From Betaproteobacteria bacterium (lineage in GTDB: Bacteria > Pseudomonadota > Gammaproteobacteria > Burkholderiales > SG8-39): 64,000 nt of DNA. Location: assembly GCA_004298385.1 (NCBI GenBank), contig SCTX01000106.1, positions 12 through 64,011 of the forward strand, in the 5' to 3' direction. Shown here one piece after another: positions 11,381-19,188 of this stretch (positions are counted from its first letter, which is position 1; every line of letters begins with the position of its first letter). Under the pieces are notes generated by a model. It was given only the letters and a program-made list of their open reading frames with translations. It made no database searches and was not told where the DNA came from. The position numbers were made by a program, and so were the translations under genes.

Positions 11381-11893
11381 GATTATCCCCTAAGCCGGAC
11401 AAATAACAGACTTAGACCCCGTTGCAAATCGAGTGTTACAACGTGCCGAATGCGGGTATTGGACCGGATTACGAACGACATGCGCTTTTTGTTCACCGGA
11501 ACGCAGGACAATCAGGCTCAGTGAGACTATCCATCGGCCGAACCGCCGTGCCTTGCAGCATAATGAACACGATTCTAGGCCTTTTTGCCGCAGTCCGGTT
11601 AAAACGAACCCATGGTCCTGAAAGCGAGAGCTGGCGCGGAAATTGGAGATTTTAAGGGTATCCTCGAGTTGAACGGCGGATTGCCGATCCGACAGTCTTG
11701 CGGCATTGCTTTGGCCGGAGACGCCGATGAATCTTGGCAAAACGCTTTTTGCTCAACTCTACCTACAGGGATTAGCCCATCCGCGGCTGGCCACGTGGTC
11801 GGGACATGTTTTCAAGAACAGCTTGAACCCGGCATGCGCTCCCGATAAACTCTTCGGCCCAACGGCTCATTTTTTGATTGGCAAGGAGGAACC

Positions 11894-12136
11894 ATGTCGG
11901 ACGAAGATCTGAAGGCCGAGCTGGAGCGGCTGCGTAGCGAGAACGCCGCGCTCAAAAAAGGGGGCGCCGCCGGCCTCACCATGAAAGTCAGCGAGAAGGG
12001 CGCGCTCTCGATCTACGGCATGGGGCGTTTCCCGGTGACCTTGTACAAGGAGCAGTGGCTCAAGCTCCTGGAGCGGTCCGATGACATCCGCACGTTCATT
12101 GCGGCGAACGAGGGGCGGTTGAAAACGAAGGGGTGA
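11894..12136 (+). CDS. Small hypothetical protein (80 aa; N-terminal coiled coil + KVSEKGALSIYGMGRFPVTLYKEQW)
   Basis: Strong AAGGAGG RBS, host-like codon usage, protein-like composition. Confidence 0.75.
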   Translation: MSDEDLKAELERLRSENAALKKGGAAGLTMKVSEKGALSIYGMGRFPVTLYKEQWLKLLERSDDIRTFIAANEGRLKTKG

Positions 12137-12229
12137 GTGCGTTGAATAAGCCCAAAATGACCGGCGCGAGCGACGCCGAGGTCATCGCACTGCTGTTGAC
12201 GGAGCGCGCCACCCTGGCTCGGGGTTGGC

Positions 12230-13354
12230 CTAAGCACCCCACTCCCGCCACCCCGCCAGCAGCGGAAAATAAAGCCCCAGCATCGCTCCGTCGCCTTGCG
12301 CGAGTGCCCGGGCGTAGCGTTCGAGTTGAACTTGGTATCGCTCCTTTTCCCGATCGAGGAAGCCGTCCACGTTCGTGCCTTCGTGCCCGCTCGCCTTGTA
12401 GTCCACGATCCAGCGCTTCCCGTCGCGGTCGGTGAAACTGCGGTCGATGACCAAGTTGCGGCGCTCGCCGTCGAGCATGGCCGTGAGGCGGTATTCATTG
12501 CGCGCGTCCTGCTGCGGCCCGAGCAGCCAACGCCCGCGTTCGTCGGCGAGCGCGCTTGCGAGCGCTTTGGCGACGCGTGCGCTGGCGGCGGCAAGCTGCG
12601 CTTCTTCCACGCCACGCGCGGCGAGTTCGTGGTGGAAGACATCGCGCATGGTCTCAACACGCGCCGCGCTCCAGCCGTGCAATTCACCTTCGGCGATTCT
12701 CTGCAGCCAGCGATGCACCACGCTGCCGACGTGGCGCGCGGTTTCGCCCACCCAGGAGTATTCGACGTCGTCCTGCGAACGTGCGGTTTCGCTGGCGGCG
12801 TTCCACGCGAGCGCGGGCGGCGCAACCGGCGGGGACCAGCCAGACGCCAGGCGGCGCAGCGACTGGTCGAGGACTGCGTCCCCGTCCGCGCCCTCGGTCG
12901 CCAACGGCGCCGGCGCTGTCGCGGCAGCGCGTTGGAACTCGCTCGCCACCACCGGCCAGAGCTTGGCCAGCAGGCTGCGCGATTCGGGAGTGCGCGCCGT
13001 TTGCACCTTGTCCTCGACCAGCAGCCGCGTTTCGCCGAATAAATGCAGGCGCTGCTTCGCGCGCGTGGCCGCGACGTAGAGCAGGCGGCCGTCCTCAAAG
13101 GCTGCTTGCTCGGCGGCAAGCTGTTTGATCCACGCATAGATGGGATCGCGCTCGGCGCCGGTTTCTTCGATCGGGGCGAGGAGCAGATTCGTGTTCGCTT
13201 CCGGTCTGCGCGGATTTGACGCATCCGGCTGCGCCGGGCGTTCCATCCACAGCAAGAGCTTCTTTCCTGCGGCAGGCGGCGCCTTGCCCAGGCCGGGCAC
13301 GATCACATGATCGAACTCCAGGCCCTTCGCCTTGTGCATGGTCATGATCTGCAC
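12230..13354 (-). pseudogene. addA: Second, 5'-truncated copy of addA (helicase motifs V-VI + RecB-type nuclease domain), reading frame intact
   Basis: Begins VQIMTMHKAKGLEFD; contains LLYVAATRAK and nuclease DR..IVDYK; colinear with 15913-17030. In-frame stop at 13424-13426 and no upstream helicase sequence. May be expressed rather than a pseudogene. Confidence 0.85.
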
Positions 13355-13606
13355 CGTGAACTTAAGGGGGCGGCATGAAATTTTCTGACGAAGCCAAGCG
13401 TGCTGCTGAAATTCTAGCCCCCCTTAGTCCGTCGACTCCAGGTAGACGATAGCAATGCCCTTTCTGGTACTCTATGTCTTGCTTATGTGGTTTCCATGTA
13501 TCCATCGGCTCCCATGTCACTTTGTCGGAGGCGAAAAATACGGCCAAACGTCCGCGAGGACCAAGGCGCACCCTTCGCGTAGGCACATCCGAGGCTAGAT
13601 GTCGCA

Positions 13607-13636
13607 TTGACGGGCTATTCAAATGGCGAGTACTAT
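13607..13636 (+). promoter_or_regulatory. Sigma70-type promoter of the retron operon
   Basis: TTGACG (13607-13612), 18-nt spacer, TACTAT (13631-13636), placing +1 at about 13642-13643, where the a2 repeat begins. Confidence 0.65.
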
Positions 13637-13642
13637 AAGTGC

Positions 13643-13804
13643 GTCTCTTAGTTGGGCTTGTTCGGTTTTCTGTTCGAATGACGCTCTTGGCCCGGTGTAC
13701 AGCCAGGCCGAATTATATTGCGCGAGACTCTTTGGGCTGGTTTCCCATCCCGAGAGCTCCTCGCTCTCGGGCTGGGAAACCAGCCCACGCTCTTAGTAAG
13801 AGAC
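13643..13804 (+). ncRNA. Retron msr-msd ncRNA
   Basis: Terminal inverted repeat GTCTCTTA (13643-13650) / TAAGAGAC (13797-13804); candidate branch G at 13651 in TTAG context; msd hairpin 13733-13757 / 13763-13787 (25 bp, one mismatch, 5-nt loop); directly upstream of effector and RT. Confidence 0.9.
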
Positions 13805-13808
13805 AATC

Positions 13809-14738
13809 GTGACACCCCAGCTCTCCCATCCGAGCAGTAAGACACTGATGGGGGAGCTGGTTTCTCTTTTTCAATCCAAGAGCATTCATACTCGCCGAGA
13901 TCGGCGACTAATCTTTGTTTGCGGCGGCTCCGTGAAACCGTATGGACGATCTTTCCGAAAACGATTTCTCAATTACGCACGAACCTCTCTCCACGATGTT
14001 CGCCTGTTTCTCGCCGAAGATGCCGCCCGAGATGTCTTCGCACATGAAAATCCATTTTTCGTAAATATTGCCGAATTTGAAACTCTGATCAGCGAGCTTG
14101 CTGATTGCGTTGTTGTAATTCCGGAAAGTACCGGTTCAATCGCAGAACTCGGTTATTTCTCCGGCCACAAATCGATTAGAAGCAAGATTCTCGTCGTCAA
14201 TGATCTTCAGTTTCAAGGTGAGCCATCCTTCCTGAATCTCGGCCCCATCGAACTCGCAAACCATCACTCCGACTACCGCCCGACCCTTCATTTCAACTTA
14301 AAGGAGAAAGATCAGAATTTTCGCGCGATCGTTAACCAGTTAAGGCGCTTCGCACTGGAAATTCGAGGCCCCTTTGAATTCAAGAAATATGGCCAGCTTC
14401 CTATTCGGCATCGCCTTTTTGTAATCTTTGAATTAATCCACTTATTTGGAGAAATTAGTTACGACGCCTTAGAACTCGCGGTTAGATTTGTATTTCTAGG
14501 TGGAAGATACCTAGGCGACAAACATAAACGAGAGGTACGACAACTTCTATCAATTCTCTGTGCAGGGAAATATGTACAGCGCCTCGATAATGGCCTCCTG
14601 TTGTCGCCAGTGCCTGAAGTCAAGCCGTTTTTGGATATCAATGAATCTCTTAGGGATGATCTTCGAGTCAAGATATCTGACTTTGTCCAACGGGTGTCAG
14701 TACGTGATCTGGCCCGGCGCAAAGGGACAACAACATGA
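13809..14738 (+). CDS. Retron Ec86/St85-family effector (NDT-like N-glycosidase + C-terminal wHTH-like region)
   Basis: IFVCGG, FLAED, VIPESTGSIAELGYF, SFLNLGP motifs; ~300 aa; overlaps RT start (ATGA). Start may be GTG 13809 or ATG 13848. Confidence 0.85.
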   Translation: MTPQLSHPSSKTLMGELVSLFQSKSIHTRRDRRLIFVCGGSVKPYGRSFRKRFLNYARTSLHDVRLFLAEDAARDVFAHENPFFVNIAEFETLISELADCVVVIPESTGSIAELGYFSGHKSIRSKILVVNDLQFQGEPSFLNLGPIELANHHSDYRPTLHFNLKEKDQNFRAIVNQLRRFALEIRGPFEFKKYGQLPIRHRLFVIFELIHLFGEISYDALELAVRFVFLGGRYLGDKHKREVRQLLSILCAGKYVQRLDNGLLLSPVPEVKPFLDINESLRDDLRVKISDFVQRVSVRDLARRKGTTT

Positions 14739-15688
14739 TTCTCCGCAAAATGGCCGAAGACATGAGAGTTCCCCTAGCTCATATTGAGTTGTTGGCCACA
14801 ACTGCCAACCATCGTTACAAGATATACCGAATACCAAAGCGCACAGGAGGAACCCGAGAAATCTCACATCCTTCGAAGGAGCTCAAGAGCCTGCAAAGAT
14901 GGCTTGCGCTTCACCTGTTTTCAAGGTTGCCGATTCACGATTCGGTCTATTCGTATCGGATCGGGGTTGGTATTCGCGACCACGCCGAGATCCATAAGAG
15001 GGGCAATTACCTGGTTCGGATCGATCTCAAGGATTTCTTCCCTTCAATTACCTCAAAGGACGTGGCCCGCCTCCTCATTGAGAATCGACAGAAACTTGGA
15101 CAAATAATAACGGCTACGGACTTGAAAGCCATTTGCTGGATCGTCTGCCGCAATGGTCGTTTAACGATCGGGGCCCCGTCCTCTCCTGTTATTTCGAATG
15201 CGGTGCTATATGCGGTCGACGAGTATTGGTCTGTGACTTGCGAGCAACGTGGAATTACTTATTCCCGCTATGCGGATGACATTTACCTTTCAACAAACAG
15301 GCCGAACATTTTAGCCGGCACTTACGACGAAATGCGCAAAGATCTTGAAAATCGCGAATGGCCAAAATTGCAGATCAATCGGCGGAAGGTTGTGTTTACT
15401 TCCCGTAAGCATAATCGAAATGTTACCGGCCTGATCCTCACGTCGGATCGACGAGTGTCGATCGGGCACGAGAAGAAAAGACAGATCCGATCTCAAGTCT
15501 TCAAATTTACGCAAGATCAACTCTCCGCAGAACAAGTTTCTTATCTTCGCGGATATTTATCGTTTGCTAAATCCGTAGAACCAAGCTTTCTAACAAGACT
15601 TAGAAAGAAATTTGGCGTCAGCGTGATTCATCAAATTGCGAATACTCAATCGATACAGATCAAGAAGGTTAAGGCGCGAAAGCAGTGA
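14735..15688 (+). CDS. Retron-type reverse transcriptase
   Basis: IPKRTGGTREI, HAEIH (NAxxH-equivalent), DLKDFFPSI, IGAPSSP.ISN, YSRYADD, VTG. Confidence 0.95.
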   Translation: MILRKMAEDMRVPLAHIELLATTANHRYKIYRIPKRTGGTREISHPSKELKSLQRWLALHLFSRLPIHDSVYSYRIGVGIRDHAEIHKRGNYLVRIDLKDFFPSITSKDVARLLIENRQKLGQIITATDLKAICWIVCRNGRLTIGAPSSPVISNAVLYAVDEYWSVTCEQRGITYSRYADDIYLSTNRPNILAGTYDEMRKDLENREWPKLQINRRKVVFTSRKHNRNVTGLILTSDRRVSIGHEKKRQIRSQVFKFTQDQLSAEQVSYLRGYLSFAKSVEPSFLTRLRKKFGVSVIHQIANTQSIQIKKVKARKQ

Positions 15689-15912
15689 TGCTAGATCCTT
15701 CCTGGTTGGGGAGCCGCTATTCCAGTGACACCCTCCGCACCCAGGAATTATCAGATTTGACCGGGCCGGGGACCCGAACGGGGCTCAATTCTCTCCGGCC
15801 ATTCAACTACTAATATGTCCCTTCGCTCAGGCCAATAGCAACGAAATCCGCAGCATCAGTTGTCTCGCACTCCCCCGCTGGGCCTCAGAGATGGTCGCTT
15901 ACATCGAACAAG

Positions 15913-18900
15913 CTAAGCGCTCCACTCCCGCCAGCCCGCCAGCAGCGGGAAGTAGAGCCCCAGCATCGCTGGCTCAGCGCGAGCGAGTGCTTGGGCGTAA
16001 CGCTCGAGTTGCGCCCGGTAGCGTTCCTGCTCCTGGTCGAGAAACCCGCCCACATTCGTGCCCTCATGGCCGCTCGCCTTGTAGTCCACGATCCAGCGCT
16101 TGCCGTCCGTGCCGGTAAAGGTGCGGTCCATGACCAGGTTGCGGCGCTCGCCTTCGATCACGGTGGTAAGACGGTATTCGCTGCGTGCGTCCTGCTGCGG
16201 CCCGAGCAGCCATTGGCCGCGCGGGTCGGCGAGCGCATTCGCGAGCGCCCTGGCCACGCGCTCGGCCGCCGCGGCAAGCTGCGCTTCCTCGACGCCGAGC
16301 GCGGCGAGTTCGTTGTTGAAGCTCTCGTACATAGTATCGATGCGCGCCGGGTTCCAGCCTTTCAGTTCATCCTCGGCGATCCTCTGCAGCCAGCGGTGCA
16401 CCACGCTGCCGACGTGGCGCGCCGTCTCGCCCACCCAGGAGTATTCGATGTCGTCGCCGACGCGGGCAGTATCGGCAGGCGGCGTCCAGGTCGCGGCGGG
16501 TGGCGGAGCAGGTGATGACCAGTCCGAAGGCAGGCGGCGGAGAGCTTTGGAGGTTTGCCCCTCGGCCGAGGCCTCCTGCCGCGAGCGGGTAGAGGGAGCG
16601 TCAGTTGCATCTTCCGCGGGTGGCGACATGGCAGCGGCCTCGCCGAACTCCGCTTTAACCGCCGGCCATAGCTTTTCCAGCAGTGAACCGCGAGCGGGCG
16701 GTTTTAGTTCGGTCGCGTCGTCCTTGGCGCTGAGTTTCACGTCGCCGAGCAGGTGCAAGTGCTTCTTCGCGCGGGTGGCGGCGACGTAGAGCAGGCGCCC
16801 AAACTCGTGGGCCCCTTTCTCCTTGTCCAGACGGCGGATCGTTTCGTAGATGGGGTCCTTGTCGCTGCCGGTCGGGTTGATGGGCGCGAGGAGCAATCCG
16901 CCGGCCTGGCCTGCGCGCTCCATCCACATGAACAACTGGCGCTCGTCGCGACCGGTGCCCGAGCCGAGGCCGGGGACGATGACGGTGTCGAATTCCAGGC
17001 CCTTGGCTTTGTGGATGGTCATGATCTGCAGGTGATCGCTCGCTGCGAGGTCGGGTTGCGCGTAGAGCTTGGCGAGGCTCGCCTCGAACGAGGCGGGATC
17101 GGTGATGGCGCCGGCTTCCTCGGACTTCTCCAGGTGGTCAAGATAGATGTCAGCGTCTTCGAGATCGGTGTCGTCGGCCACACAGGCGGGACCGCCAAGG
17201 GCGAGCCACACGCCTTCCACCTGCTCCCGCAGACTTGAACGAAAACGCCGGGCGAAGCACGCGGCGAGCGCAGTGCGCGTGCGTTCCAGGCGCGCGCGGC
17301 CGTCGACGGTGAGCGCCGCGAGGCGGCGCGCGTCGTGCATCAGTTCCCACACGGTCCGTCGGCTGGAGATCGGCTCTGGTAGCTGGTCTACGGGCAATTC
17401 CTGTTCGATCAGATCTGTCCCAGCAAGCGCGTGCAGGTCGGCGAGCGTGAGCCCGCACCAGGGCGCGCGCAGCACGGCGAGCCAGGCGAGGCGGTCGGCC
17501 GGGTGGGCGATGGAGCGCGTCAAAGCGAGTAGGTCCTGCACCACCGGGCGGTGGCCGAGCGGCTCGATCTCGATGGCGCGGAACTTGAGGCCGGCGGCGC
17601 GCAGCGCCGGTACGATGGCTTCGAGATGGTTCTTGGCGCGCACCAGCAAACCGATGGTGCCCTGCGGATCCTCGGCCTGCGCCTCGCGAACCAGCGCGAC
17701 GACCTGCTCAGCTTCCGCGACAGCGTCGCCGTTGAAGACGGGATGCACCCTCACCGCATCGGCCTCCGCCGGGTGCACCGGCTCCGAAGGCGAGTATGGC
17801 ACCGCGCCCGCGGCGACGTCTTCCTCCTCGGGCATCAACTGCGCGAACGCATTGTTCACCCACTCGACGATGTCAGCCTGTGAACGAAAGTTGGCCGAAA
17901 GCGTGAGCGGCTCCAGCGCTACGCCGCCTATGCCTTCGTGGCGCGCCTTGAGAAACAGGCCAACCTCGGCCTCGCGGAAACGATAAATCGACTGCATCGG
18001 GTCGCCCACCACGAACAACGTGCGCCCATCGCCCTGCTCCCAGCCTGCGGTGAGCTTCTCCAGCAGTTCGTACTGCGTGAAGGACGTGTCCTGGAATTCG
18101 TCCACCAGGATGTGGCGGATGCGGTAGTCGAGCGACAACAGCAGGTCGGTGGGCCCCTCGTCGGTCTCGAGCGATGTGAGTGCGCCCTGCGCGATCTCGA
18201 CGAAATCGGCCTCGCCGTGCGCGGCGAACACGATCTTTAGCTGCGCGACGGCAAGGGGTAGCAGGCGCGTAATGGCGCCGAGCGCCTGCCACTGCTCCTC
18301 GGAGTAGCGCGCCGGCGGCAGGGACTGCACTGCGAGCAGTGCTTCGAGTAAGTCGTCGCGCTCCGCGAGTGTGTCGTAGAGCGGATGCTTTTTTCGCCAA
18401 CCGCCGGCCTTGGTGAGCAGCGATTCAGCGAAGGCGATCCACGCGCCGGCATCATCATCCGCGGGCGCCTCCAGGCCGGACACGAGCAGCGCGCGCGCGC
18501 GGCGCACGGCGTCGGCCCGCAAGCCTGCGAGCGCGGCCTCGAGCGCAGCGCGGTCTCCGGCGCGGCCGTGCTGCCTCATCCAGTGGTCGCGGCGCGCGAG
18601 CATGCCGGCGATCAAGGACTCGGCGGTGGCGACGTTGTTGTCCAGATGACCGAGCAGGCGCGCGACGTCGGCAGCGGCGGCTTCATCGGCGCCTTCGAGT
18701 GAATCAAGCGTAGCACGCGCGGCTTCGAGGTAAAGTTGCGACGCGTCCTCCACGCTCTCCGGCTGCGCGCCGAAGCGCGCGAGCACTGGCATCTGGCGCG
18801 TGAGCGAAGCGCACAGCGCATCTATGGTCTGGATGCGCAGGCGCGCGGCGACCGTCTCGAGATTCCAGCCGAGCTTGTCGTTGCGCACCAGCGCCGCGCG

Positions 18901-19188
18901 AGAGAGATCCCAGGTCAGGGCACGGTGACCCGCATCGGGGCGTGGCGTGTCGCGCGCGGCGGCAAGCGCTTCCAGCACGCGCTTCTTCATCTCGGCCGCG
19001 GCTTTCTTGGTGAAAGTGACGGCGGCGATTTCCTCCGGGCGCTCCACGCGCGCGAGCAGCACCAGCATGCGCTGGATCAGGAGCTCGGTCTTGCCCGAGC
19101 CTGCAGGCGCTTGCACGATGAACGAGGTATCCGGATCGAGTGCGCGGCGGCGCTGTTCGAAGTCGGGGGCGACGGCGACGTTACTCAT
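15913..19188 (-). CDS. addA: ATP-dependent helicase/nuclease subunit A (UvrD/RecB family)
   Basis: APAGSGKT, VTFTKKAA, DEFQDTS, VGDPMQSIYRFR, TIHKAKGLEFD, YVAATRA, C-terminal IVDYK; ATG 19188 overlaps the addB stop. Confidence 0.92.
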   Translation of the reverse strand: MSNVAVAPDFEQRRRALDPDTSFIVQAPAGSGKTELLIQRMLVLLARVERPEEIAAVTFTKKAAAEMKKRVLEALAAARDTPRPDAGHRALTWDLSRAALVRNDKLGWNLETVAARLRIQTIDALCASLTRQMPVLARFGAQPESVEDASQLYLEAARATLDSLEGADEAAAADVARLLGHLDNNVATAESLIAGMLARRDHWMRQHGRAGDRAALEAALAGLRADAVRRARALLVSGLEAPADDDAGAWIAFAESLLTKAGGWRKKHPLYDTLAERDDLLEALLAVQSLPPARYSEEQWQALGAITRLLPLAVAQLKIVFAAHGEADFVEIAQGALTSLETDEGPTDLLLSLDYRIRHILVDEFQDTSFTQYELLEKLTAGWEQGDGRTLFVVGDPMQSIYRFREAEVGLFLKARHEGIGGVALEPLTLSANFRSQADIVEWVNNAFAQLMPEEEDVAAGAVPYSPSEPVHPAEADAVRVHPVFNGDAVAEAEQVVALVREAQAEDPQGTIGLLVRAKNHLEAIVPALRAAGLKFRAIEIEPLGHRPVVQDLLALTRSIAHPADRLAWLAVLRAPWCGLTLADLHALAGTDLIEQELPVDQLPEPISSRRTVWELMHDARRLAALTVDGRARLERTRTALAACFARRFRSSLREQVEGVWLALGGPACVADDTDLEDADIYLDHLEKSEEAGAITDPASFEASLAKLYAQPDLAASDHLQIMTIHKAKGLEFDTVIVPGLGSGTGRDERQLFMWMERAGQAGGLLLAPINPTGSDKDPIYETIRRLDKEKGAHEFGRLLYVAATRAKKHLHLLGDVKLSAKDDATELKPPARGSLLEKLWPAVKAEFGEAAAMSPPAEDATDAPSTRSRQEASAEGQTSKALRRLPSDWSSPAPPPAATWTPPADTARVGDDIEYSWVGETARHVGSVVHRWLQRIAEDELKGWNPARIDTMYESFNNELAALGVEEAQLAAAAERVARALANALADPRGQWLLGPQQDARSEYRLTTVIEGERRNLVMDRTFTGTDGKRWIVDYKASGHEGTNVGGFLDQEQERYRAQLERYAQALARAEPAMLGLYFPLLAGWREWSA

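Larger units (their letters stand above)
13355..15912. mobile_element. Lower-GC accessory cassette (retron island) bracketed by duplicated addA 3' segments
   Basis: Visibly more AT-rich than its flanks; homology to addA stops abruptly at 13353/13354 and resumes at 15913; no integrase or transposase seen. Confidence 0.65.

Noticed and set aside
13566-13583. GCGCACCCTTCGCGTAGG resembles the 5' end of the Ec86 msr as I recall it
   Set aside because: It lies upstream of the predicted promoter, lacks the TTAG branch context and has no complementary a1 partner nearby; probably chance.
13362-13622. 86-aa minus-strand ORF in the cassette
   Set aside because: No recognisable motif, overlaps the retron promoter, TTG start with no RBS; not supportable as a gene.
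12230-17030. Diversity-generating retroelement (RT plus two similar repeats as TR/VR)
   Set aside because: The RT has retron signatures (VTG, msr-msd, NDT effector); there is no avd; the repeats are ~1.1 kb and their differences are not adenine-specific and include indels.
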